From NCBI GenBank assembly GCA_004764695.1, contig SMSO01000004.1, positions 2,170,001 to 2,234,000 on the forward strand: a DNA stretch of 64,000 bases, written 5' to 3'. The notes under the pieces were generated by a model. It did no database searches. It had not been told where the DNA came from and saw only the letters and a list, made by a program, of their open reading frames with translations. The position numbers were made by a program, and so were the translations under genes. Each line of letters begins with the position of its first letter. The first letter of the stretch is position 1. The stretch is from Schizochytrium sp. TIO01 (lineage: Eukaryota; Protista; Bigyra: Labyrinthulomycetes). Positions 46,994 to 59,172 of this stretch are shown piece by piece.

Positions 46994-48777
46994 TTTGCCA
47001 CGTCAAAGAAGAAAAAGTATGTCCAGCAAATTACAAACAACGACTTCAACTCAAGAAGCCTCGCGCAATTTCTCCAGATGGACTCCAAGACTGATCCGTC
47101 TCAAGGTGTTTCGTCCACGAGGTTTCTGAAAACCTTAAAACCAAAGCACAATTATACAGATGCTTGGCAGCAACCAGAAACTCGCGCTGCTAATAGCCCG
47201 AGGGGGTCTGGCGTCCGTGGCAAGCCTCGAAGGAGCGGCGGGGTTGTTGGCCCTTTCCACGAGCCGGCTCTGCAGCTCAGTGAACTGCTCGCGAGCGACG
47301 GTCGGTCGGCGCAGACGTGGAACGGGAACTAGTTCGAGGAATGGTTGAGTGACGCTGGATGCCGAGCAAACCAATCAACGAAATCATCAAAAGCAAAGAA
47401 AAGAAAAGAAAAGAAAGCAATACTATCAACAAATAACCAAAACACTACCTAAGGAGGGAGCCCTAGGGGCTGCTACTGATCACGTAGGCGCCGCTAACCA
47501 CACTCAACTACCTATTCTAAGCAGGAGTGGCGGCGATGATTGCATTGCAATGCAAAACATAACAAAGAACTTGAACGAATGCTCGCGTACTCTTGCTTCG
47601 ATGTTCATCATAACTCGCGTGCGACCATCGCCACCCAGCGGCCACTACCTAGGTCTCTTGGCAAGTTCGGATTGAGGGAGAAGACCCGGCTAGCTGACAA
47701 AGACTCGCCATTGATTGATTTATAATAGCTAAGCCAACCCAACTCGCTCACTGTGAGTGTGGTGTTCGAAGATAAATAAAATGAAATGTCAGATTCGCCA
47801 GCTCGCACACGTGCTTAATCACCGCACCTCGATGTTATATGTTTCTCGTTTCTACAACTACGGAGAACGCCAAGAACCTGCCCAGTTCCTGCATTCCGCT
47901 GCAATTCGTGCCTAAGAAACATCTTCGCTCTGCGCACAAACCCGAAGAACAGCGATTTCTTGCAGATGATTACATTACAGGACAGGTACGATCTACCTAC
48001 CTGTATGCTAGTAGTACCTACTGCTGCATTCTTTTGCTTCAGTCTCATGATTATAATTGCACTATTTTCAATACTTTTCTTCTCTGCTTTATCTACAACC
48101 ATTGATCACTCATTCGTGCGACGCCAGATTAAGAGTCGCTGCGGCAAAGAAAGAACTAGGCGAAACAGTAGGAGCGGAAGAACTCGCAGCACTGGCAGTG
48201 GTAGCAGTTAACGGTAGGGGGGGCTAAGGATGACTCACCGCGGGGCGCCTTGCCTAGGGGTATGGATTTAGGTAGGCAAAGGCTAACAGTGGGGAAAGGA
48301 GGAGGAAATGGAGGAGGAACTCAGAACTTGAGTTGCTATGGAATGGAATGCGAGGAATCAGAATTCTTGATGAATGAGGATGGATTATAGATAGATACCT
48401 GCAAGATTGCGTAAATGCAAAAATCTGAGATTTGTTGTAAGAGAACCTCATCTTTATCCCGGTTTCTTAACAGGTGATGGTACTTATGAAGACCCTTTTC
48501 AGGAGCGATGCGGTGAAGAAAATGTCGTGATACGGTAAAGATTCGTCTCCGAGACACAGATAGCTCTATCAAATAGAATTGACCACGGAGTTGACGGATC
48601 ATTAACGTGAGACCGTGCTTCGGGGCTGGAAAATAACGAGGTGCGTATTATTAGAACTTAAAACTCCTCAAGGGAGATTTTCTCGTAAGATTTTTCTTCG
48701 CGTCTTTTTCCCTTCTAAGTCATATGGCCAAGTTTAGAAAACATGCAAGTGAGGGACCAAGCAGCTACTTAGCTCGG

Positions 48778-49743
48778 TCATAACATACCGCCCATAAATG
48801 CAAGGGTGGGAGCTGCAACTAGAGGCAATGGTATACATACTGCTGCTAAAGTCCATACATGGCGCGCAAAAGTCGATTTCCAATATGAGATGCGCAAGGC
48901 ACGCTCGGCAATAACAAAGAAAGCTTGCACAACAAAATAACCCGTCATCATCAAAGAATATTCCGGGCTCAAACCAGCCACAAATAACGGCCAGACATGA
49001 ACAAATCCGCTCACCAAAAAGGTGGTCAACATAGCCAAAACAGGGCTAAAACCAAGACGATTCTGTAGTGGAATATAAATATGAGTCTGTAACAGCTGTT
49101 GAATTACAGTGTCCCAACACTTGCCCCAAAATTGGCCGACGCTCAACGCTGCCTCCGGCTGCTTCATCACACGTGGAACTTCAATATCTAGGAAAGCATT
49201 GTAGATTTGAAGCGAAGCATCAAAGAGTTTAAGAGATACTAGAGCATAGATGCCCACAGCAAGAGATCCAGCTGCGACAGAGAGGTTACGTGGCCAGGTG
49301 TCACGGGCCTGCAAAACAGCTAGACAGCCTACAAGCAAAAGAGAATCAAGCACTAAGCTCTTGATGCCCGTTTGTAGAATAGCCTTTCGTTCAGGCCAGG
49401 AGACACCTAAACGACAAAATCGCAAATCATGAAAGGTCAGGCCTACGTGCGCAATGCGGTGGATAATTGATACATTCTCAAACCTTTCGTTCGTACATGC
49501 CTGCCAGTTTCGAAGAAAGTAAAACGGCGCAGCCATGCTAACAAGCCCTAGAGCAGCACCTTCTGACCGTGACACAACAAATGGACTCAAGAGAATAGGA
49601 AAACATGCCAATACACCGAGATACTTGCGAAGCCATGAACCTTTTTCAAAATGCTGCTTTGCAAATTTGTCGACCAACGTGCTCACGACGGATCCTTGCG
49701 TCCAGGCGCACGCCCACACCGCCAGTCCGGGCACTGTGCTCAT
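48778..49743 (-). CDS. Membrane-bound O-acyltransferase, wax-synthase-like (MBOAT_2 type)
   Basis: Multi-pass hydrophobic protein with PEAALSVGQFWGKCWD and TFLVSGFVH (catalytic His position), matching the P-x-x-x-x-S-x-x-x-FWG-x-RWN and F-x-x-SG-x-x-H motifs of wax-synthase MBOATs. Confidence 0.85.
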   Translation of the reverse strand: MSTVPGLAVWACAWTQGSVVSTLVDKFAKQHFEKGSWLRKYLGVLACFPILLSPFVVSRSEGAALGLVSMAAPFYFLRNWQACTNERFENVSIIHRIAHVGLTFHDLRFCRLGVSWPERKAILQTGIKSLVLDSLLLVGCLAVLQARDTWPRNLSVAAGSLAVGIYALVSLKLFDASLQIYNAFLDIEVPRVMKQPEAALSVGQFWGKCWDTVIQQLLQTHIYIPLQNRLGFSPVLAMLTTFLVSGFVHVWPLFVAGLSPEYSLMMTGYFVVQAFFVIAERALRISYWKSTFARHVWTLAAVCIPLPLVAAPTLAFMGGML

Positions 49744-50579
49744 CTTCGTTCACAATTTTTTAAGTACTGCTTTCCTTGACTCTATGAAGGCTCAAATGTC
49801 AAACGTCTGCCGCAAGACCCGCCCTTGTGAGGTCTCCAGCTGTTTCTGGCGACCTAGAGAAGAGGCGAACGCGTATGGCACGGCGCACCCAGTGTTTGCG
49901 GACTACTCTTGTAATTCAATTGGATGCAGATGCACACATAGTAAGTAAGTAACTAACAAGGACCATTGTGCCTACTAGATAGCTGCAGATTGAGAGGTTG
50001 CGTGCCAGAACAGATATGATTTAGAAACACGTGGACATTGAAAAAGATGCCTGCATCACCACATGATATCCCCAAAGGTACCTGAGCAACCTATACTTGC
50101 ACAGAAGGAGAAAATCTTTGAAATACGCCGTGGCATGGAAATAACTAACTGAGAGAGAGAAAAAAAATTATTGGTCCTAATATTTTTTATAATTAAAAGT
50201 AGATTGAAGACGATGCGAGAACATTAAAATAGGAAAGTACACACGTTATCAAAAGTCCGCGGGAAATGAGTTGCGCGCGGATCTCGTTTTGCTCTTTGCA
50301 CGCGCTGTCAATTACAGCACAAGCAAGAGATCATGGACTAGGACGTGCGATTACCTCTGTCGCACTGTTGGCAAGTGGATAAATCAAAGTGAAGCCCCGC
50401 TAGTGTAGGCGAAAGATTGCTCGGCGTATCGGGCAAGAAGCTCACAGCGCTTTGAGTAAACCTGTGCTGGCCTTGTGTGCTGGGCCACTTGGTTCGGTCT
50501 GAAGCAAAGCAACATCTGAGAGAAAAACTTTGCGTGGGAGCCTGGACATATTCCAGGTACATTTTTGCAATCGACAACA

Positions 50580-51926
50580 ATGTCTTCACCGTTTGAACGT
50601 GGTAGACGGCGTGCAGATCAACGGCAGAAACAAGCGCGAGAAGTTTTCGCAAAGCAGCTGACCAGCCATGTTGATGTAGAGACCCTGTTGTTAGACAAAT
50701 TAATGCAAAAAACTCGTGGTGGTTCTACAGGTATCTTGCAGCAGTTTCGCAAACTTGATATGGGCGATAATAGCGACTCCGAAATCTCTTTCCCGAACTT
50801 TAAAGAATGCCTGAAAAGGTTTGGGCTCGAGGACATTAGCGAAGAGGATGCTCGTAAGCTCTTTGAGAAGTATGACTCAGATTCAAGCGGAGGTATCAGC
50901 TTACAAGAGTTTGCAAATAATGTAATCAAAGCGACACAAATGCATTCAAATATTGGTTTGTCTGCAACAGATCTCCAGGAGGCTAGTCGAGCACGCGATC
51001 GAGCGCGAATTATGAAGCAAACTGCCATGAGAACAAGCTGGAAGACAGTCAGTGTTGATGCCGAACGTCTTCTTCAACAAAAAATCGAGGAGAGGCTGAA
51101 AGGTGGACCGCACTCATTGCGTCTTGCATTCCGTAAATTCAACAACGACCGGAAAGGAGACAGTGCTATTTCTTTTGAAGAGTTCGGGAGCACGCTTGCT
51201 CGCATGGGTCTTGAAGGTCTCTCCGAAAAGGACTTGCGTATACTATTTCAGCGATTTGATGACGATGGAAATGGTACCATTGAATATTCAGAATTTGTAG
51301 AGTTCGTTCTGAAGAGCAATGCAAAACAAAATGGATTAGCATTTGGTCACATGACTGCAGACAAACAAGCGCAGCGTCTGCGTCAAAAGGCGCTTGAGAA
51401 GCAGCAACGACTTAGCAAGCTTCATTGGGATTATGCTGCTGAGCATGCTGATATTGAAACAATGGTGGTTGATAAAGTTCAACAGAAACTAAAGTCAGGT
51501 CCACACGCCTTGAGACGAGCTTTTGGTCTTTTTGATCACGAGCATGGTGATGCAGCCGAGATTTCTAGGGACGCGTTTCGCATGGGTTTGGAGTCACTTG
51601 GGTTTGTAGACATCCCTCCAAAGATAGTCAAACGTCTCTTTACAAAATACGATACTTCTGGTGATGGAATTATTTCTTTTGGAGAGTTTATTGCACAAAT
51701 GGAAAATCACACAAAAGTTGGGATGGGTACTCACCTTAACTGTTGCAAACATTGCTGCTGCCATCGTACCCCAGACAAGCACCGCCGTTCACATAAGAAG
51801 CGTCACGGCCATACGCAATCAGGGAAGCATTCGATCCGAAATTCTATGCATTCATCACGTTCAGAGTCAAGCATCTTGCCTCCTGTTACAGGTCGATCAA
51901 TAAACACTGCAGATAGGCTAAATTAA
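50580..51926 (+). CDS. EF-hand calcium-binding protein with three repeated two-EF-hand modules
   Basis: Canonical loops DSDSSGGISLQE, DDDGNGTIEYSE and DTSGDGIISFGE, each preceded by a degenerate EF hand and a KxxxKxxxG(PH)xLxxxF segment. ATG at 50580. Confidence 0.9.
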   Translation: MSSPFERGRRRADQRQKQAREVFAKQLTSHVDVETLLLDKLMQKTRGGSTGILQQFRKLDMGDNSDSEISFPNFKECLKRFGLEDISEEDARKLFEKYDSDSSGGISLQEFANNVIKATQMHSNIGLSATDLQEASRARDRARIMKQTAMRTSWKTVSVDAERLLQQKIEERLKGGPHSLRLAFRKFNNDRKGDSAISFEEFGSTLARMGLEGLSEKDLRILFQRFDDDGNGTIEYSEFVEFVLKSNAKQNGLAFGHMTADKQAQRLRQKALEKQQRLSKLHWDYAAEHADIETMVVDKVQQKLKSGPHALRRAFGLFDHEHGDAAEISRDAFRMGLESLGFVDIPPKIVKRLFTKYDTSGDGIISFGEFIAQMENHTKVGMGTHLNCCKHCCCHRTPDKHRRSHKKRHGHTQSGKHSIRNSMHSSRSESSILPPVTGRSINTADRLN

Positions 51927-52319
51927 TAATTGATAAAAACAAGTTATTGTATTTTTTTTAACTTGAAATAAAGTGAGGTCAAACCTGACTTCTTCATAAA
52001 TGTCCATTTGTTGAAAACCACGGCTGTAATTTCGACACCAATTTCTCGCCCTGCTCGGTATACAAAGCCCAGTTTTGTTTCTGCCACAAAGAATATATCG
52101 CTCATGGACTACTCTGGTAGTATCGCAATTATGCAGGGTAAATATTTCCACTTATTAGTAGTATGGATGGTATGGGACTTCTATAGATACCGCTAGATAG
52201 GCCCATTGTATTAGAGTGCTTTATGGTTGGATTGTCAAAAGTAGTGAAGTCCAAACAAAACCCAGCGTGCTTGGCTCTTGCTTATCGTCTTCGTCGCCCT
52301 CGCCGTTACGAAGGTGGTA

Positions 52320-55300
52320 ATGACTGCTGTACAGCAGACAATGACTCACCGACGCTCAGCTGCTCTTGTTCCCGTCACAGCTTTGACCTTTTGGGAGCGA
52401 CCATGCCAAGAGCAGAGCACCAGTGGTGCTGCTGCTAGTGGTGGTGGAGATGACTCCAAGAAGTTGCAGGTGCTTCTTTTAGCGGGCGCTGGCTCAGACG
52501 TACGAACTTATGAGCTCCAAAAAGCTGGGAATAGTGATTCTGGTGAGCACACTTGGCAACATGTGGCGTCACAAGCAATTCTGTAAGTTTTCCTCAAGGC
52601 AATGTAAACGGGCTGAAGTTTAGAGGCTAACAATACCGAATCAAAACAGACCAAGCGCCGTAGTTCACGGGATCAAGCCCGAACCGAAACAATCGCAAGA
52701 CTCTCGATGCATTGTGTTTGGTCATCGCCGTGCAAAAATCTGCACGTGGGACTCCACGCCAGGATCGAAGGGCCTCAAGTTGCAAGCGCAGTTCGAGGGG
52801 ATTGGAGATCTTGTGTGGGACGCGACATGGCTGAGTCAGAATAAAGTGGCAGTGGGTACCGCACAGGGATTTGTAGAGGTTTACACAGAGGCCGATGTCG
52901 GCAAACAATGGGTGCGCTCGCACCATGTGCTCTGCACCGCGCGCTGCATTTTGTATTCGTTGGCATTTTCACCATTGGTTGACGAAAACAAAATTACGTT
53001 GGCTTCTGGTACAGTTTTTGGTGAAATTATCCTCTGGGATGGCGCAAGCCAAGATGGGGAACCTGATCAAAGACTTGAAGGTCATCATGGTCCTGTGTTC
53101 CGTGTGAGCTGGAATGCCCAGGCAAACAAGCTCTGCAGTGTTGGTGATGACCGCACAGTGCGCATCTGGACGTCCGAAGCTGGTAAATTTGTCGAAACAT
53201 GGAAGTCATTTGGCCACAATGCACGAATTTGGGATTGCGTTTTTGTTCCTGCATTGGATGCGGTTGCTACGGTCGGTGAAGACCGCCAAGTTCGCGTGTG
53301 GGATGCGAAGAATGGTGACGCTTTAGCTATCTTTGAAGCCCACTTTGGTCGTCATATCTGGCGCTGCGCTTTACTATCTACTAACGGTGCGTGCGTACTT
53401 GCAACGGCAGGTGGCGACAGTGGACTTAAGGTATTTGACCTGTTGCGCGAAGTTCAATCTCGTAACCACATGCGCACACTTTTATGTAACGAGCAAGATA
53501 AGGCTACTAGTGAACCAGAAGAGGGGATCGAAGTTGCTCAGGGTTCCAAGCGCAAGCGTCGCAAGGGCGCCCAGGTTACAGTGACTCATATCTACCCCCT
53601 CCCTGTTACATCTGCCCAGGTCAATCCTTCACAACTTTTGGTCCTTGCCTCGACTGGCGCTATTTATAGTGTTAACGGTGCACAAACTATCCACATGGGA
53701 CAGCAGCAAAATAAGGAGAAAGAGGGCCACTGGGTAGCTCTTTATACACCTACTAGTGAGGAAGAACGCTACAAGCCATTCACTGTATATGTACAAGCTA
53801 ACGGGGATGTTTTTGTGGGAACACAACGCGGTCATATCATTCTTTTTAGAGATAGCACTGCCGCGTTTAATACGACTGGGGGGCTAGAACGAATTGGTAT
53901 GGCCTCTGCATTTACAGACCCGGTGGCCTCCGTAGCACAGGTTCTCCCGTGTGCTAACGGACGGACACTTGTGGGTACCCCTAGTGGTACAGGAAAGATC
54001 TCCGTATGGGACCTTGCCGTGGCGAAGGAAGAAAGTAGTTGTGTATCTCTTTCGCCTCGCTTTAATACGAATGCAGAAGCTGTCCAAGTCATGGTCTATA
54101 CGTGCATGCTTGAACTTCCAGAGCAACAGACAATTGTTCTAGGCGACTCTCGTGGTAGCTTGCACTGGTTTAATCTTGAACAAGAGGGTCATCATGTAGA
54201 AACCTTGTCGCGCGCTCATGGAGCTTGCAAGGTGGCATGTCTTAAGCTGCACGACGGTGCTCTCTTTAGTGGTGGTCACAATTGCACAATCATCAAATTT
54301 AACCCGCGGATTGAAAATGGAATTGTCGTTGGTCTTGACCCAATATGGGTGGTTCGATTGGCCCATGTCCTCGATCAGGTCAATGATATGACCTGGAGTA
54401 AGACTGGCGATCTTATTGCAGCCGGGTTTCAGTATACTGATTATGTCGTGTGGAATGTTTCTACTCACACACCTCTGCTCCGTGATCGTTGCGGAGGTTG
54501 GCGTCGCCCGGGTACCGTAGTTTTGGGTGCGGACCCATTCGGTGAGTGTGCTATGTTCTACAGCGAGTCTTCACAGGAGCACCGTGATCGCGGAGCAGAG
54601 CCTGACGAGATTGCAATCCACAGGGTTGGTCGTCAGGCATCCGCTTTGGGTCAACGTTTTGGAGCTGGCCATTCCTTGGGCGAAGTCTTCCATAGTCGCA
54701 GTACTTGGGTTTCTCAATGGCTGCCCGCTCCTTTTCAGAATTTCATGGTTGTTGGATGTGAAGATGGGCTATTGTCGCTTGTGAAGATGGAAAGCACTGT
54801 GCAGGCCGGTGAGCAGCCTGGTGCATCTACGTATGTCGGCCTTGGTGATGCGCAAATCAACTTGGAAAATGATTTACCTACAAACTCTTTGCAGTTGCAC
54901 GTCGTCGCACAAAGGCAAAGAGAACGTTCTGTTCGTTGCGCTTGTGTACTTCAAGGACTGGAAGGTTTTCCAGTTGTTTTTATAACAGGCAGCTCAAACC
55001 AGGTATTGCGTGCTTGGCATGTTGATCCACAAGCTGCCAAAGATGACGGGCTTGTGCTTCTTGCTGAAACACAACCTGTGGATGAAGTTGATGGTGATGG
55101 CGCGGAGGGCACTGATGGTGTAGCTGCTTCTCACCGTGTGTTAGGTCTTTTTGGGCATGATAATCTCATTGTTGTTGGTACTTCTACAGGTCAGTTGGTT
55201 TTGTATGAACTTAAACTCGATGCCGCCAATGTTGGAGAGGATGACATGCCGCCATTGAAGAGTCGCCTGGATGCTCGTGTCCCGATGCGTGGTCGATTCG

Positions 55301-55980
55301 TTCAACTCCAAGAGCTTGGTGGTGTTGTTCACATCAACGCAAGTGATGAAGACGCAGCTAGTACCATGGCAAAACCTGTGCGCTGTCTTTCTGGACACTA
55401 TGATGTCAAAACTGATACATTGTGGCTCTTTGTAGGCCGCACGAATGGTTTTGTGGAGATTTGGGCAGGAGCGCAAGGAGGCCGTGGCGAGTGGACAAAA
55501 CTCTTTGCTGAACGCCGACACTCAATGGGTGTAAATTGCATTAGTGTGGCAAGGTCGTCTTCCACGTCAACTATCATGATAATAGCTACTGGTGGAGATG
55601 ACCAAGGTATGAATGTAATGCAGTGGTGTCTCAGCACAGAACGTGAAGTAGGCCAGCGGCTCAATGTACTTGGAGCGGATGGATCTGCTCTGCGTGGAAT
55701 CCATACTGATGGCGAGCGTATTTGGGCATGTGGCTTGAACCAGCGTCTTCGTTGTTGGCGAATCCAAGATCTCAAACAAGATGAGACTACACATAATGAA
55801 GGAAAGGTTATTCAACTAATCCCGCATGATCTCACATCTTATGAGGCTGGTAATGCGAACCTCTTGCAGCTCGAGAATGAATCTCTTGTTGATATTGCTG
55901 ATGTGAACTGTCTGTCAGTTCAAGCTGACCGTGAAGACCCCTGTGTTGTTATTGGTGGCGTTGGTGTTCGCGTACTTTAA
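52320..55980 (+). CDS. WDR6: WD40-repeat protein WDR6/Trm734-like (tRNA 2'-O-methylation cofactor); join(52320..52582,52650..55980)
   Basis: N-terminal PVTAL and (after splicing) VVHGI, then CILYS, ASGTVFGEIILW, GHHGPVF, CSVGDDRTVRIW, GHNARIW, CGGWRR and TGGDDQ, which is the WDR6/Rtt10 pattern. The intron restores the frame between track ORFs 52278.. and 52714.. Confidence 0.85.
52583..52649 (+). other. 67-nt spliceosomal intron
   Basis: GTAAGT donor at 52583, GCTAAC branch site at 52626-52631 and ACAG acceptor ending at 52649. Removal gives in-frame ...AIL-PSAVVHGIK... Confidence 0.9.
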
Positions 55981-57789
55981 AAAGTACAATATCACACGCG
56001 CATATATAACGTTTGGTTGTGAGATTTTTGGTATCTCCAGCGAAGGAATGCCGTCTTTTAGAGACCCCTAGAGGGGAGAAGCATCTTTAGAAAGCTGTTT
56101 TAGTTTTTTGTTTTTCAAGTAACCCCCCAAAATATATTCCAACAAAAGAACGGTTGGCATCAGTTGTAAAACATGATGGCCTTCGAAGAGATACGTTGTC
56201 CTATATTCCAGACTACCGTATTGTCTGTCAACACTGGTATTATTATCGATTCCGCGACTGACGAAGCGTTATTGAACGAATGGCCAAAGCAGCGCTTATT
56301 TTGCCGATCCTTTTCCATCAGGGATGGGAAGTATTTTGTAAAGGGTAGATACTATTTTATTAAGAAAACAGATATAGTATTCAGCGTCTTCAAACTCAAT
56401 TAATTGGCACTCTGGAATGGAAGGTGAGGCGAAACGGCAGAGTGTCATATGCAAGGATCCTTCACTCTCACTAGTTGGAGGTGATAAATTTGAAATGTTT
56501 TGGGCAATACCTCAAACCAAAGCAATCATCCATGAGGATGCTTTGCGTCTGCCTTCCAACTTGGGCTACAGCACCACCGTTTCGTGTGTCAATTTCGCAG
56601 GAGTCATCCAAAAAACGATCTCTACGTTAATAGGATAAATAAAATAGTAGAATTTTTTCTTCAAAATACTCGACTTTTTCCGCTTTGAACTACACTGACC
56701 TTTCTGTGTCAATTAGTGAGAAACATCATCATATACACACCTTCCAGAGCAACAGTTGCTAGAAACACTTTTGGTTGTGAATGATACTTGCATTTTCGGG
56801 ACAGTTATCATGGTGCAAGTACCAAAGTTGCCCAATATGTGGAATACCTTAACAAGAGCAAGATTGTGCAAAGTGTTGTACTACGAAGTGAATTTATTTT
56901 CCCACCACCAATGTGGCATTTTTTGAGTCAATCATCAATAAGTCTACAAGTTTATTCAAAACGTTAGTATATGGTTCATTCATGCTATAGGATAACCAAA
57001 CGTGGGCCGATAAATGTTCTGGTTTATTTGCTAAGGTATTGGTGGTTACCAAGCATAGACCCGGATTGGGACAATTCCGGAAAAGGGTGGTCAAAGATTT
57101 ATAATTATATATATTTTTTAAAAATTAAAAATTAAAAAGTTGAAGTCCTTTTTTTTTTCTTCAAGATCAGCATCAGTCCGCACGAGCAATACGTAGTAGA
57201 AGTGAGAAACAATACCCTCACAGAACCGACGCATGGGAATAATGAATCTAATCCTTATGACAGGGGTCAAGCTCGGCCTTTGTAATTTTCACTTTGCACT
57301 GTGTGATTTCTATACTTCTTTTCCGAACTTGGAAATGTCCCACGTTGAATTGTATGGTTACAAGTGACAGACGCCCGTGGCGACAAGTGGACAAAGATAG
57401 CCATCACGAGGTTGAATATGTCCGTCTATCACACATACGCTTAAGCAATAGTGGAGTGGGGATAGCAGTTGTAGTGAGGATGTTAATTTGTTTGCTGTCA
57501 CACTCATATGTGGCGTAAAAGATTATCGAATCTTCCTATATGAAGGCAAAAATGCTGTTCGTCAGGCAGACGGAGAAAGATAATAAGGACCTGACAATCT
57601 TAATGTATCGAGCGAGGATGATGATCGCTGAAACATCGGTCTCTACGATGTCCATCAAGAAATTATTTGAATTCGGAGTAGAGCTCATATTGATGGTATA
57701 AGAAGTCACAAACAGACATGAAGCAAAACCTCAAAGCATCACAAGCATAGCATTGATTGACTTACGCGATTGTGAAGAGAGCTTAAACT

Positions 57790-59172
57790 ATGACAACGGA
57801 GGTTTCGCCATCCAATGGTGCTTTGCACGATGCTACTCAATCCGCGCAAAGCAGGCCTCGCCTGATGCAGAGCGACGAGAGGAGTACTTTTATTGAGTAC
57901 GTAGAACTTCCATGGAGTGCGTTCCGTCAGTGTTTTACTGAAGGTAAACCAATTGGTGAGAGAAAGACGTCAATGATGTACGGTTTACTCGTTCTCTTTG
58001 TGCTTGTGCAATTCAACTTTTGGCTCGTTGAAGTTCCACGTCATGAAAATGACGTGATGCGTTCAGGGTTGAATGCTTCTGTACTTACTATGATCCTTTT
58101 GACACTCTACGTTTGCATTAACTTTGTAGATGCCTATCTTTCTTGTATTCCACGAGTTCAAGCATTTTCTATAGAAAAGCGTAAAAAGTTGTTGGTGCAT
58201 ACGGTCGAACTATTATGGGGCACTGTATTATTTGGTCTTCTACTCGGTGTCATCCTATATACCTATGCCACACAGCGCCCTAGTGGATGTTCATTGCATT
58301 TTATTACTTTGGATGAATATGTTTATCCTACTTTAGCTACGCGAACTGAAGGCCTCCCAGAATCCATTGATGGTTACACTATCGTAAATCCAGGAACCCA
58401 TGTGCTTACTCTATCTCTCGAAGAGACGTTAAAGCTCACTAATATGGACGAGGACTGCCTTTTTCAAAACTTATATTGGGCCGAATTGTGTGCTGGATTT
58501 CTGTTTTCCTTGTATGCATTTGAGCTTTTTTATCTGCTACAATATATTCGCGTCACTCTCATGATTCATCACCTTTTTACCTTTGGTGTATTTTATGCAT
58601 ATACTGCAGTCCCGCAAAGTACATTAACAGCAATATTGGCAATCCTTCAGTTTTTCTTTGCTGCGACTGAACAGCCAACTTTCATTGCATTGATACTATA
58701 CCGACTATCTGACAATAAACGATTGCACAGTCGGTGGTTTATGATTGGTGCTGTTTCTTTTCTTGTGACCAAACTTATCCCACTAATCATGACAATTGCA
58801 CTTATGGTAGCATACCGTAACGAACTGCCTTTAGCATTGATACCAATCTGGACTTTGTTGCTTTGTGTTGGAGGCTTTTCTCAAGGCTACTCGGCCTACG
58901 TTCAATTTTGTATTGCTCAGAGGTCTAGAAGGCAGCTGAATAACTCCAACGTCAATCGTGCATTCTCTACACATAGCTTGTCACGTGTCTCATCCAGTAG
59001 TATGGATGGTGGACATGATATGAACGGTATGCAGAAAGGACAGAGTTCGTTTGACTGCGAATCGGATCCTGCAGACCAAGACAGATATGATCCGCATTGC
59101 TATGAGAATCCTGATATTGCTTCTGAGATTCCCGCAACTTTTCGCGGTGAGAAAGTTATCGCTATTGCTTAA
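57790..59172 (+). CDS. Multi-pass membrane protein, TLC (TRAM/LAG1/CLN8)-like
   Basis: 460-aa ATG-initiated ORF with many hydrophobic helices. YAFELFY...LMIHHL and a downstream ATEQPTF resemble the TLC HH and E-x-x-T motifs. The ORF is solid but the family call is tentative. Confidence 0.7.
   Translation: MTTEVSPSNGALHDATQSAQSRPRLMQSDERSTFIEYVELPWSAFRQCFTEGKPIGERKTSMMYGLLVLFVLVQFNFWLVEVPRHENDVMRSGLNASVLTMILLTLYVCINFVDAYLSCIPRVQAFSIEKRKKLLVHTVELLWGTVLFGLLLGVILYTYATQRPSGCSLHFITLDEYVYPTLATRTEGLPESIDGYTIVNPGTHVLTLSLEETLKLTNMDEDCLFQNLYWAELCAGFLFSLYAFELFYLLQYIRVTLMIHHLFTFGVFYAYTAVPQSTLTAILAILQFFFAATEQPTFIALILYRLSDNKRLHSRWFMIGAVSFLVTKLIPLIMTIALMVAYRNELPLALIPIWTLLLCVGGFSQGYSAYVQFCIAQRSRRQLNNSNVNRAFSTHSLSRVSSSSMDGGHDMNGMQKGQSSFDCESDPADQDRYDPHCYENPDIASEIPATFRGEKVIAIA

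Noticed and set aside
36860-48256. Shared CCGCGGGGCGC(C)TTGCCT at about 36860 and 48238
   Set aside because: Only two short GC-rich copies with an indel and no flanking similarity.
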